A stretch of DNA of 64,000 bases from Octopus vulgaris (GCA_951406725.2 OX597829.1:35898001-35962000), one strand, 5' to 3'; positions 13,905 through 26,249 are shown, counted from the first letter of the stretch. Notes: generated from the letters alone by a model not told the origin. Numbers and translations are program-made.

Positions 13905-14125
13905 ACATTATAACAGGAAGCTTTATGAAAATAAACAAAAGACAAAGGCAGGTGGAATACAAACAAACAATTGTATTAGTATGGCGCTCAGGAATATAAA
14001 TAAAACAAGTCTTTTACGTTTCGAGCCTACGCTCTTCAACAGAAAAATACACAGAAAAGAAACACAGAAAGAAACAAGGAGAGAAAAAAAATGCGTGCAG
14101 AGGCTAGCGAATCAACATGGCGGTG
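13905..14125 (-). mobile_element. Probable solo Penelope pseudo-LTR carrying a hammerhead motif
   Basis: Contains the minimal hammerhead fold at 14011-14046; no ORF; family assignment is inferred. Confidence 0.55.
14011..14046 (-). ncRNA. Minimal type I hammerhead-like motif (core CUGUUGA)
   Basis: UUUUU-CUGUUGA-A-GAGC-guag-GCUC-GAAA-CG-UA-AAAG; stem II perfect, palindromic ACGU stem III. Confidence 0.6.
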
Positions 14126-14437
14126 AGTGTGTGTTTATCTGTGTGTTAGTGAGTTTGTGAGTTTGTGCATTTATATGTGCGTTTGTGTGTGTATAAGTGA
14201 CTCTTGGTTTATAGTAGATTTGCACGTTTATCGTTTTGGGTAGCATTTCTTCATATATTTTTCTTAATTTGCATATGCACAAACACCGCTTCATCGTTTC
14301 CATTTCAGCTTTTCATTTTCCCAGTAATTGATTTAATTTTGCTTCTTTAATATTGATGTATACAACACATAAAACTAATATATACATTAAAACACACATA
14401 CACACAGGCACACACACACATATATATATATTTATAA

Positions 14438-14853
14438 GGCGGCGAGCTGGCAGAAACGTTAGCACGCCGGGTGAAATGCTTTGCGGTATTTCGTCTGCCG
14501 TTACGTTCTGAGTTCAAATTCCGCCGAGGTCGACTTTGCCTTTCATCCTTTCGGGGTCGATTAAATAAGTACCAGTTACGCACTGGAGTCGATGTAATCG
14601 ACTTAATCCGTTTGTCTGTCCTTGTTTGTCCCCCTCTGTGTCTGGCCCCTTGTGGGTAGTAACGAAATAGGTATTTCGTCTGCTGCTACGTTCTGAGTTC
14701 AAATTCCGCCGAGGTCGACTTAGCCTTTCATCCTTTCGGGATCGATGAATTAAGTACCAGTTACGCACTGGGGTCGATATAATCGACTTAATCCGTTTGT
14801 CTGCCCATGTTTGTCCTCTCTGTGTTTAGCCCCTTGTGGGTAGTAAAGAAATA
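14438..14853 (+). mobile_element. OK-like SINE head-to-tail dimer (full copy 14438-14669, 5'-truncated copy 14670-14853)
   Basis: Second unit restarts at internal ggtatttcgtctg directly after the tail gaaata. Confidence 0.9.
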
Positions 14854-14914
14854 TATATATATATATATATATGTATAATTTAGAACAAACAGTAAGTTGT
14901 CATTATATTACTGG

Positions 14915-15030
14915 GAAGCATGGCTATGTGGTAAAAAGCTTGCTTCCTAATGACATGGTTCCAGGTTGAGTTTCACTGCGTAGCACCTTCGGCGAGTGGC
15001 TTCTAATATAGCCTCGGAAAACTGAAAAAA
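14915..15030 (+). mobile_element. OR-like SINE 5' part
   Basis: tggctatgtggtaaaaagcttgcttcc...tatagcctcgg, homologous to 52741-53183. Confidence 0.75.
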
Positions 15031-15071
15031 AAACCGTCATTTAAATACACACATACATACTCATATATACA

Positions 15072-15964
15072 CGAGGTCTGATCAATAAGCATCCGGACTA
15101 TTGCAATTTTAACAAAGCTAAAGAACGAAGAGTTAAGCCGCTTGGCACAGATTGACCTTGAACATTGTTGTGCTTGTGTCTTAAGTTTTAGCGTTTTAGC
15201 TCACTTCCGCTGTTTACAGCAGTGCTTTGTGAGAAGGTGCGAAGCGTGTGTTCGTTGCATTGACCATGACAAAGTTGTCATGATGATACCTGCTCAAAGA
15301 CCAATTCAAATTTGCAGAAAGTGTATAGAGAGGAGTGTATGAACCACACACAAGTGTAAGAGTAGTTCCATGAGACGTTTCCAAGACGGCCGAAAAAATG
15401 TTGACATTGACGAACGTTCTTGGAGACCCGTAACCAGCAGAACTGAGAAAAACATCGCAGATGTGCATGCAGCTGTGAGAGGAAATTCTCGAATCACCAT
15501 CCATGAATTATCAGAGGATGTGCTGATTAGTTATGGTTCGGTTCAGTCCAACCACTGCAGATCTGGGTAGGAGTTGCGTGTCTGCCAAGTTTTTGGCAAA
15601 ATTGTTTTTCAGCTGACTAAGAAAACACCCGGATTTCAGTTGCACAAGACCTCCTTGATTGTGTCGAGAACGATGAAAACCTTTTGAAAACTTTGAGTAG
15701 ACCTCTGAGCAGGTATCGCCAAGCTTTTGGCAAAATTTGATATATATTCTCAGCTCAACTTATTCTGTTATGGTCAATGTGACGATCACACGCTACAGGC
15801 GTTCCTTCCAAGCACTGCAGGAAACAACGGAAGTGAACTAGAACATTAAAACTCAGTTCACATGCACAGCAGAGTTTCAGGTCAATTTGTACTCAGCGGC
15901 TTTACTCTGCGTACTTTAGTTTCGTTACTATTGCAACAGTCTGTATACTTATTGATCAGACCAC

Positions 15965-15965
<1 letters not shown>
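15072..15965 (+). mobile_element. Non-autonomous mariner derivative with long inverted arms and N-terminal transposase remnant
   Basis: Termini cgaggtctgatcaataag / cttattgatcagaccacg; RFQDGRKNVDIDERSWRPVTSRT...RITIHELSEDVLISYGSVQ (mariner HTH); no DDD domain. Confidence 0.88.
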
Positions 15966-15998
<33 letters not shown>

Positions 15999-16009
15999 AG
16001 AGAGAGGGG

Positions 16010-16253
<244 letters not shown>

Positions 16254-16667
16254 TGTGTGTATCCTTATGCCTGTATTTGTCTACCAGCCTCGCTTGACAA
16301 ATAGCGAATGATAGAACAAGATTCAGGCTTACATATACACACATATGTATGCATACATTTATGAATATGTGTCTTTCTGTTCGTGTTTGTCTCATACTAT
16401 CGTTTCACAACCAGTAATGGTTTGTTTACATTCTCGTTATCTAGTAGTTCGGCAAATGAGAACGATAAAGTAAGTAACATATTTTTTTTAAGTGTATACT
16501 TCGGTCGATTTGTTCGACTAAAACTGTTCAAGGTAGTGCTTTACCCGACATTAATGCTATTTTTAACCCCAGAAGGACACCTCCTCCAACTGATTATCCA
16601 ATGCAATTTGCATCCCGTGTATATTCGAAGCGGGTGAGTGAATACCTGCTACCTTCCAACCGTGAGA

Positions 16668-16716
16668 CCACCAGACCACACGGTTTTGAGCTCTTTGTGC
16701 GCATCCTCGGTGGTGG
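16668..16716 (-). ncRNA. Degenerate type I hammerhead, array copy A
   Basis: CCACCA-CCGAGGA-U-GCGC-acaaaga-GCUC-AAAA-CCGUGUG-GUC-UGGUGG. Confidence 0.65.
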
Positions 16717-16977
16717 ACACTCATCCGCTAGAGATGGCAGTAGTTCACTCCGGCTCGCAATACATAGAAAATAATTGACACCCAGTCAAGAAGCAAATTA
16801 GCTAGTAAGAAAATATCTAAAAGATGTGAAAGCTGTAACTATAAAGAGAAGTAACATTTATCGACACTTAAATATGGCTGTTTTTACCGCAGGAAGATGT
16901 TTCCAACTGGGTATTCGGTGCTATGTGCTACATTGCAAGCAGGGTAAAGAACACCTTCCACCTTCTATCCAGAAGAA

Positions 16978-17023
16978 CACCAGACCGTACGGTTTCGAAT
17001 TCTTTGTGGCCATCCGCCGTGAG
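16978..17023 (-). ncRNA. Degenerate type I hammerhead, array copy B
   Basis: CA-CGGCGGA-U-GGCC-acaaaga-AUUC-GAAA-CCGUACG-GUC-UGGUG; perfect palindrome ACCGUACGGU. Confidence 0.65.
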
Positions 17024-17306
17024 TTCATTCCCAGATTTGCAGTATATATCGGATGCAGATTGCATCGAATAACCAGCTGGAGAAGGCGTACTACCGGCCT
17101 TAAAAATAGCAATAACGCCGGTTTCTACGGAACAGCCATATTGAAGTGATAATAAGCATCACTTCTCAATATAGTTACTACTTCCATCTGTTATAGAGCT
17201 TTTCTAACTAGCTAATTTGCATGCTACAAGATTAGTGACTGGGTGTCACTATTTTTCTATTTATTGAATTTAGAGTGACCTACTGTTATCTGTAGCGAAC
17301 GAGTAT

Positions 17307-17355
17307 CCACCACCGAGTATGATCAGAAGGAGCTCCATACCATACGGTCTGGTGG
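17307..17355 (+). ncRNA. Degenerate type I hammerhead, array copy C
   Basis: CCACCA-CCGAGUA-U-GAUC-agaagga-GCUC-CAUA-CCAUACG-GUC-UGGUGG; stem I extends to UCCACCA/UGGUGGA. Confidence 0.6.
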
Positions 17356-17620
17356 ACTCGTGGCTGGACGATGGTTGGGGTTCGCTCCCCTGCTCCCAAT
17401 ATATATATCGGATGTAGATTGCATCGAACAACCAGCTGGAGGAGGCGTCCTCCTGGGCTTAAAAAGAGTAGTAACGTCGGTCCCTACGGATCAACCATGT
17501 TTAAGTGGCAATAAATATTACATTTCAGTATAGTTACAGCGTTCATCTCTTATAGCAATTTTCTTGTTATATATGCATGTGTACACACAGACACACGCAC
17601 ACAGACATACACACAGACAA

Positions 17621-17651
<31 letters not shown>

Positions 17652-17724
17652 CATACATACACATTAATACATATATATGTAGACATATATACATACGTAC
17701 ATAATATATATATATATATATATA

Positions 17725-17930
17725 CGTCCCCCTAGCATTGCTTGACAACCGATGCTGGTGTGTTTACGTCCCCGTCACTTAGCGGTTCGGCAAAAGAGAC
17801 CGATAGAATAAGTACTGGGCTTACAAAGATTAAGTCCCGGGGTCGATTTGCTCGACTAAAGGCGGTGCTCCAGCATGGCCACAGTCAAATGACTGAAACA
17901 TTTAAAAAGAGAAGAAAAAAAGAGTAAGAG
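17725..17930 (+). mobile_element. OR-like SINE 3' half
   Basis: gcttgacaaccgatgctggtgtgtttacgtccccg...ctaaaggcggtgctccagcatggcc. Confidence 0.9.
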
Positions 17931-17948
17931 TATACATATACATACATA

Positions 17949-17990
<42 letters not shown>

Positions 17991-18139
17991 TACATATACA
18001 AACATACATACATGTATATACATATATACACACTCAGACGAGTTGGAGATATATATATATTCATATTTATATATAAATTCATACACCTAGTGTGGAATTG
18101 TCCCAGCATTGTCTATAGACCGAAGAAAATAAAAGATTT

Positions 18140-18360
18140 ATCTGTTAGTTGTTTCAGTAATTAGATGTGCCCATGCTGGGACACCACTTCGAAATGATTT
18201 TAGTTGAAGAGATCGAACACAGTATTTGTTTTCTAACTTGTACTCATTCTAACGGTGTCTTCGCGGAACAGCTAGTCATGGGGGGTAGGGGTAAACAAAT
18301 CAACACCAGTCGTCAAATGGTGGCCGGGGACAAAGACAGAAGCAAAGACCTGCATACACA
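18140..18360 (-). mobile_element. Diverged OR-like SINE 3' half
   Basis: gtttcagtaatt...ccatgctgggacaccac...aacaccagtcgtcaa. Confidence 0.6.
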
Positions 18361-18679
18361 AACTTGTATGTATGTATGTATGTATAATAGTTTCTCCCGT
18401 TAAAAAACGACGTATGAGCGTTCAGGAAAGAAGCTGGAAGTATTAAAAAGAAGGTAACATTCTGACAAATGACCCGCTGATCTGGAAGGTCACAATGTAC
18501 AAACACAAGAATGGCAGACTCACAAAAACACACTATCCACAACAGATAAAAAAAAAATACGATAATACAGTTAGTTTATTTTTCATTTTATACAGTTTAA
18601 CTATGTACAGATACGAATTCTACAATATAGTTAATTTGTTTTCATTATTCACATTTATAATATATAGAAAGAATTTTTT

Positions 18680-19180
18680 ATTTAATTTGCCTAAGTATTT
18701 TCAGTGTTGAAGGTGTTTTACACAATCGATTACAGGTTGCACATGTCAGCTTTACTTTACTTCGAACAGCATGAGCGACGGAAATGGCTTGATATACCAG
18801 CATATGATCTGGAGGCAAAGTTACGATTGGGACAGAGACAGTTTTCAAAATTTTGTTTTGATAATTACACTTTTTGTTTCCATGCAACTGGTAATGCTGA
18901 TGGACTCTTTGTGCTTCAAAGTTTACTGGTCCTATGTGGCACTAACTTCTCCAGCATTTGGTTTTATTATTATTTTTTTTTTTTTTGCAATACCTTTCCA
19001 CTCATTGCGTTTTATGTCGGGGCGTTTAAAATTATCCCTAAATTTGTCTTCATACTATAGTGACGGTCTACCAACCCTACGTCGTGTAGTATTTTAGTTG
19101 TCCATAAAAGGCTTGCTTTGGAATTCTATCATCGTTCATTCGCAAATACAGTGACAAAATATCACTGTTCAACACACCAT
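18680..19180 (-). pseudogene. RTE-clade LINE 3' ORF remnant
   Basis: Reverse complement gives RMNDDRIPKQAFYGQL, GRP, WR..., and degenerate C-terminal zinc fingers CPNRNFASRSYAGISSHFR and CATCNRLC; stops and frameshifts. Confidence 0.8.
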
Positions 19181-19279
19181 CATCCTAGTTTATTTCTCAT
19201 ATTTGCGTGTATATCTCTTTAACTCCTTACATCTCTCTCTCTCTCTCCCTCTGCTCTCTCTTTCTCTCTCTGTGTGACT

Positions 19280-19420
19280 TGTTCCCACAGAGTTTACAAA
19301 TTTGATTCACAAGGCACTGGTTGACACGGAATTACAGCAGAATAGACTTGCCTAAGGTGCTGCGCAGTGAATCTGAACCCGAAAGGGCGTAATTGCAAGC
19401 GAGCTTCTTAACCACACCTT
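19280..19420 (-). mobile_element. Diverged OR-like SINE 5' part
   Basis: gacttgcctaaggtgctgcgcagtgaatctgaaccc...cttcttaaccacac. Confidence 0.6.
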
Positions 19421-21877
19421 CGCCTGTAGTACGCGTATGTAGGTGTGCATGCGTCGATTTTGTAAATGAAAGTCTCTTACTGACTGTAGAAGAGGGAGAG
19501 GTTCTTATGATGCACTACATGAAATATAAATAAAACTGCTATCAAGAAGAAAAGTCATGGACCATATACGTCCAATTAGTGAAGGAAATGAAGGGAAAAG
19601 CAATAAATGCTATATTTCTAGTTGCCTCGTTCTTGTCAAAATCTAATATATAAGCACACTAAGCCAGAATTAGTTCACTTGCGCACCAGAATCGCCTCCA
19701 GACTACGAGGCATTACAAGTTTACATTACAAACACACTTAGGAAGTGACAAATTGACCTATCCCCTGATGCATATTTATTTAACATGAAATAAATACAAA
19801 CTTCTCTGACATTACTTTTAAGAAACATCAGACAGAAAAGAGAAGGAATAATTTTATTGCTGTTTCAAATCCTTGTCTATGAATAAAAAAAAAAAGAGAA
19901 CAGGAGGAGTTATTGAAATATATAGGCCAGTAAATAGAATCATTCAGATTGGCGGAGTTAAAACAAAATAAAAATAAACTATTCACTAGTAATAATAAAA
20001 AGAGACAAACATTTATTTAACCAGGAATCGAAGACTAACAAAGATATTCAGAATATACAAAAACTATCGTTAAGACATACTGTATACGTATTATATAGAG
20101 ATAAAATGAAAACATATTGCTCATTCCCAAGACAGACATTGAACTGTGCACTGTTTACTGAATGTAAGCAGCAACTGAAAAAAAAAATGGACATCGTAAA
20201 CAAATAAAGACAGCAACAACAATTATTGGATTGCAGAAACGATAAAGTGCCGGGGAATATTCCTTCCTTTACATTCTAAGTTCAAATCTTGCTCAGATCG
20301 ATTATTTTTCAGCCTTCTGGGGCTAAAAATTAAATACTAGAACACATAGTCTTCCCACAAACCGCGTGATCATCTGAACAAAATTGTATTTATTTCTCTT
20401 AAGATACGTTGGCAGAAATAATTAAGTTGTGGCAGTTACAGCATCGTTTTATGTCATGGTTGCTTAGTTGTAGGTCAGTCTTGACGGAGCAGGTCTGTTG
20501 TAAAACAACGCTCTAACTGTGACTATCACGTCTTTTGTAGGCGTAGCATCGAATTTAAAGAAAATTTGGCTATTATTTCGAGCAGGTCTACGAATGACTC
20601 CCATGTTTTTGGAGCATTGAGTTTTAGGTGATCGTTCAGAATATATGCCTCGTAATCTATGTTATAATATTTAGAGGGGTTTGTGAAAAATAACTATTGT
20701 GTGGATTGCATTTGAGTATTGAGTGATGATGGCTTTGAATGTTCAGTGCACATCATCTTAAATAATAATATATACATTAAAATATTGGGCGATATTTTAT
20801 ACAATAAACACTGTGTAAGATGTCTTATAATATCGGGATGAGGTCGTGTAGAATATTTGTGTGTCTGGTATTATGGCTTTTACAAGTTACTGAATGCCAC
20901 ATAGTCTGTGATTAGTGTTGTAGTATCGGACTTTGATTGTGTAGAACATACACAATGTACGTAATTGTGAGGTGATTCTGTACAATATACATAGCGGGTG
21001 TTGTGACATCGTTTGCAGGCGATTCTGTAGATTATGTCTTATAGTACTGAGTTATGTTGAGTACAATATATATTCTATTGTAGCCTTTGTAGATGCTTAT
21101 TAGAGTATATGTTTCTCTTTAACTACATGGTGCATAAATACATATATATATAAGAAAGCTACACTAGCAGATCGTGAAGAAGCTATAGAATATATCTTAT
21201 GCTGAGTTTTTAGATTTAGTTGGTTTCATAAAATTCATATCATGTGCTATTTTTCCACGATCCTCTTTCATTTAACCAAGATATAAACCTATTCTCGCCT
21301 ATAACTTATAAAACCCTTAGCAATCGTTCGACTATTTTTGCTGGAAGGTGTGAGATACGGGGTGAGTGACACTGAACTTGAATGAGAGGGATATGGTTAA
21401 GTTAAAGAATCTGAATTTGGAATTTCTAAACAGTGGGCGGGACATATAACAGACATATGACAGACACTGCTTACATACGTACGTGAATACATAGATACAT
21501 ACGTACGTGAATACATATACACACACATGCGAATAGATATATATGCACATATGTAACTTTTAGAAAACTGAAGAAGGAAATGGAAGGTGTGTGTGAGGAA
21601 TACGTAGCTTTATGGGGAGGAGGGTAAGTTAACAACAGTTTTTGCAGTCCATCACAAAGAAACACTCACACGCACATATGCACTCATACATACATATATA
21701 CATACATGCATGCATACAAAGCTACATATATGCATGCATACATGCAAAGATAGATATATGCATACATACAAAGATAGATATATGCATGCATATATACAAA
21801 CACATATACATTCATACATGAATATATACATCCATCTATACATGCTACATACATACATACACATCATACATATATGT

Positions 21878-22250
21878 GGAGGCGTAATGGTCCAGGAGTT
21901 AGGACAGCGAACTAGTAGTCGTAGGATCGTGGTTTCGAAACTTGGACCGGGCGTTGTGAATGTTTATTGAACAAAAACACCTAAAACTCCACGAGGCTCC
22001 GGCAAGGGGTGATGGGGAACCCTGCTGTACTCTTTCAGCACAACTTTCTCTCTTTCTTCCAGTTTGTGTTGTACCTGTGTTTCAACGGGGCCGGCCTTGT
22101 CACATTCTGTGTCACGCTGAATCTCCCCGAGAACTAAGTTAAGGGTTCACGTGTCTGTGGAGTGCTCAATCATTTGCACGTTAATTTCTCGAGCAGGCTG
22201 TTCCGTTGATCGGATAAACTGGGACCCTAGTCGTCGTGACAGAGTACCAC
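21878..22250 (+). mobile_element. tRNA-derived SINE, third family, full length
   Basis: tRNA-like head GGAGGCGTAATGGTCCAGGAGTTAGG...GGTTTCGAAAC; homolog at 54793-54957. Confidence 0.85.
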
Positions 22251-22255
22251 ATATA

Positions 22256-22694
22256 TCTCTCTATATATAAACGGCAGTTTGTCTGTCTGTGTGTCTGTGT
22301 GTCTGTCAGGTTGTACCCTCACCCTGACCACGGCTTTCAACTGATTCTTATGAAACTTGACACACACATAGCCCAATGTCATAATTCAAAACTGACGCAG
22401 CGAAAATTTTGAAAAGCTCCCCCAGTTCTGAAAAAATCGATAAATTCGACATGGGGTCGAGAATCTAAGCTTTTTATACGCAACACAATTTCTGTCTAGG
22501 GGACACAACTCGACCTTTTTATCGCCCAAAGGGACAGCTAGGAACATCGTATACACAGAAGTATTCGAGTGAAGAGAAGACATTGCAACCTACACATGCG
22601 CCTTCGTTCCCTAGAGGGAAAGGACCAGATTGGGATTAGCCGTTGCCTACTAGGGGCTCTTACATACCCGGGCAACGCCGGGCTATGCTGCTAG
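22256..22694 (+). mobile_element. Non-autonomous Helitron
   Basis: 5' A|TCTCTCTATATATAA, 3' hairpin CCCGG-gcaacg-CCGGG (22667-22682), terminal CTAG|T; A-T target, no TSD. Confidence 0.88.
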
Positions 22695-22958
22695 TGTAAC
22701 TATAAAACACTGATAAAAGATCGGGTGGCATTTTAGAGTTAAAAGGAAAGGTTGCTTAAGAAATTGATGTGTAGTGGTAGAGGACTGGTAAGTTTTTATA
22801 AGCAGTCGTTCAGATCGTTGAGTTTACACTCACTCAACACACCACCACTCTTTCCGTTCTTTTTCCTCCTTTCACCTATTTTCTCTCCTTTTTTGTTATG
22901 TTAAAAAAGCAGGCGCAATCATTCGAGATAACTGAAATCAACGTGTGTGCGTGCGTGC

Positions 22959-22998
<40 letters not shown>

Positions 22999-24051
22999 AC
23001 GCGCGCGTGTATTTTTACATGTAACAAAATATGATAGTCTGTGTAGTTGCTCGACCTGCTAGATATAACAGCCAAACTTCCTACCATGTGACACGCTAGC
23101 ATTTTAAAAACGAGAGGTCATATTGAAGAAGACTGCAAAATACTCCCACACACATGTGAATCCTATAATAGATATTCCGTTTTTCTCTCCAATCTGTCTC
23201 TGTATTCACAATGCTCCTGCCTATTTTTCTATTTGCATCGCATTCCCTTTCACTGTACCTCCCCCACTTTATCGTTCCTCTCACTCTTTCCTTCTGTCTC
23301 CCCGCTCTCCCTCCCTCTCTCTCACATTTAGCTATTTGACAGACAACGTTTACGCTGAAATTATCAGGATACAACCAAAGTATCCCTTTTTTACCAGTTG
23401 TAAGCAGACGACAATTTTGTAAACTGCGCCGATTGCTGAGAACCATCTCACTTTCGCTTGATCAATATTTATCACCGCACTCTTCCAAAGTAAGACGTCA
23501 AAAGTCAACACTGAAGGTGAAGTACCTTGTTAAATTCATAGAAAACAATTCTTCATTACAAATAAAATATTTCTTAACTAGTAGTTTAAAAACAAACAGC
23601 TTTCTAAAGAGAAAACTGGTTTTGTGAGACCCTTTGGTATTGACAAATCACAAAACTCTTCGAGAAGCCATACAGCGTATTTGCAATAATTAGAGGCATT
23701 TTTTTTTTTTTTTTTCCTAAAAACACTTTGCAAGAATATCCAACATACATTAGGGATATAACATTTGATGGTAATGTTAAATGTGTTGCCATTAGTGAAT
23801 TGTACAAAGTAGCCATTCAGGTTCATCGAAAAATTGACGATAGAATTATTCTCCTTCTGTTCACTGTACATAGTTGAATGCTTACAGAAAGTGACATGTC
23901 TGTATTATGTAAGTGATCAAAGTGACAACCGGCTACTACGATGCTCTTTTTTCTCATAAACAATCATGAGTATGAGAGAAAAGAAAAGGGATAAGAAGCA
24001 TCACAAGATAATTTAAAAAGTAAGGAAAAATTAAAGAAGTCAATAGATAAC

Positions 24052-25939
24052 GGTGCTAGGACAATTCATCCCCGATTATTTCGTCGTCTGTTAATTTGTC
24101 CCCGGTCAATTCGTCGTTCATCAATTCATCCCCACGTCAATTCCACACTGGCCAATTCTCCCAAAATACTCTTAAATGCTTAGAGAAAAAGTTTAGAATA
24201 ATCACTTTAGAATTAAAATCGGCGTTGGGCAGTTTTAGATATTTTCTTTCCCTTTCTTTAACCTCCCACTCCCCCCTCTCTCTCTCTTAAGTATCTGTGC
24301 TCAACAGTTTCCGAACAAAGATTTTCAAGTAAATCGAATTAAATTTATTCAATACGCCTACCCATCAACTTGAGTATCTGCGAGATCATAGCTTCAGAGA
24401 AAGGAAAAATCAGAGTGGTCGATCACGAAAATTATATATACTCAAAAAATAAGCAGAATGCAGATGGATTGAAGATATACTGGAGGTGCAAAAATCGTGT
24501 GTACAAGGCGAGACTTCACAAGGATGAAAATTATAAAGAGCTTAAGAAGATTGGGATCCATAATCACACTTCAACTGCTGCAGAGGTAAATGCAAGGATA
24601 ACAGTCTCAAATATTCAAGTAAAGTTTATTTCATCACGTGATGTCCGTCGCGCAGTTATCGCCAGAGAGGATCAGAGTTTAAATTACTATACATTGTCGC
24701 AAATACCTCCGTTTGCACAGCTTAATAGAAATATTAGATGTTGGAGATAAGCTGATTCCAACTATCCTGCCACCCCACTTACAAATGTTGCGTTTTCCAT
24801 TCCAAGTGAATACTCCTACCTTGACAATAATTACACGTTTTTACAGGATGACTGAGATGGAAGATTCAAAATGAATACTAATATTTGCAAGTGACAAAGC
24901 AGTACTTCGACAGTTACAAAATCACAAGAACTGGGCGGCAGATGGAACATTTAAGTGCTGCTCTAGTATATTTTTTCAGTTATATATACCTCACATTCAA
25001 CTTGATAATTTTAATGCCCCACAATTGTTTGCATTGCTCTCTGGCAAAATTCAAGACACATATAGTATACTTTTTGCCAAAATAAATTAATTACTACAGA
25101 TGAGGGACCTGATAATGTAATTATGGATTTCGAAAAGGTAGCCCATAACGGATTTCTGGAATCGTTTCCTGGGTTGAATTTGGCATGCTACTTGTTTCAT
25201 TTTGGACAAAATGTGTACAAGCATGTTGTGCAAGAAGGACTAAAATACAGATGTCACAAAGATGACACTTTTAGTCTAAAAATGCGGTATTTTGTTGCCC
25301 TAGCCTTCCTACCGGTTGCTGATGTTGTAGATGGATATGAACAACTTGTAGATGATGATGATGTTCCACAGTCAATTGTATCCTATTTTGAAAATAATTA
25401 TATAGGACCACCTGGAGGAAGAAGACAGAGCAGGCAGCGCCTTGAACTTCCATTTCCATTACCTATATGGAATGTTTGGGATCGATGCATGACGGAGATT
25501 ACTCGTATTACAAATTGTTTAGAAGCCTACTACAGTCCGCTGAAAAACAGTGAATATTAGTCATCAAAATATTTGGAAACTTATTGGTATGATAAAATAG
25601 GGGGAAAGGTTTGTCAGTACCAGCAGAAGCTTATGCGAGAAGAACCAAGCCAAAAGAAAAAAATACAGAGATATGAAACTGCGTATAAAAAATGTCACAG
25701 AAAAATATGACCCAAGCCAAAAAACCATTTTTCTGAAAGTAATTGCACAAAATCTTAAATTTTACGAAAAAATAATAATGTAATACAGCAAACCTTAAAA
25801 TAAACGTTCTTCCATTTTTCCTATGATCTCGATGAATTAACTGACGACAAATTGACCTGGGGACGAATTGACCAACAACGAATTAACTGAGGAGAAATCA
25901 AATGTCGACAAATTGCCGTAGATGAATTGACCGGATACC
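24052..25939 (+). mobile_element. Mutator-like (MULE) DNA transposon with a pseudogenised FLYWCH transposase
   Basis: 9-bp TSD ATAGATAAC at 24043-24051 and 25940-25948; GGT...ACC termini; ~15-bp subterminal repeats in inverted orientation; IYWRCK..HNH, ADGTF, MDFEK, CYLFHFGQ. Confidence 0.95.
24370..25765 (+). pseudogene. MULE transposase, frameshifted
   Basis: ORF pieces 24370-24750 and 25123-25560 plus interrupted linkers. Confidence 0.9.
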
Positions 25940-26249
25940 ATAGATAACAACGCATAATAGTATTACTATATTAGAAAATGTAAGAAATTAAAAAAATAAG
26001 ATTACAAAAGAAGAGGCAATATGAAAGGAAAAAAAGAGAACATGGAAAACAAGATAACGATGGGGAAATAAGATTGTAGGGAAACAAGGAAAATTATAGA
26101 AAATAAAAATTTCGATTACAAAAGTTTTCCGGAAACAATTTACAGAAAAGTATGAACGAATGCAATGGCCGGGTACAACTTTTAATTATGATCCTAATCA
26201 TGATTATGCATCTAAAAAGTAAGGTCCCTAGGCTATATGAGAATATATG

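Larger units (their letters stand above)
16548..17570. mobile_element. Retrozyme-like ~360-bp tandem array with internal inversion (minus units 16548-17025, plus units 17043-17570)
   Basis: atcggatg(c/t)agattgcatcgaa at 17048 and 17407 (period 359); reverse-complement copies upstream; a hammerhead fold at the same position in three units. Confidence 0.75.

Noticed and set aside
18678-18887. Cys-rich ORF resembling a piggyBac C-terminus
   Set aside because: Upstream RMNDDRIPKQ/GRP motifs show it is the zinc-finger tail of an RTE LINE.
23398-23489. Possible exon (tttaccag ... gtaaga) with one open frame
   Set aside because: No recognisable protein similarity and no partner exons; expected by chance.
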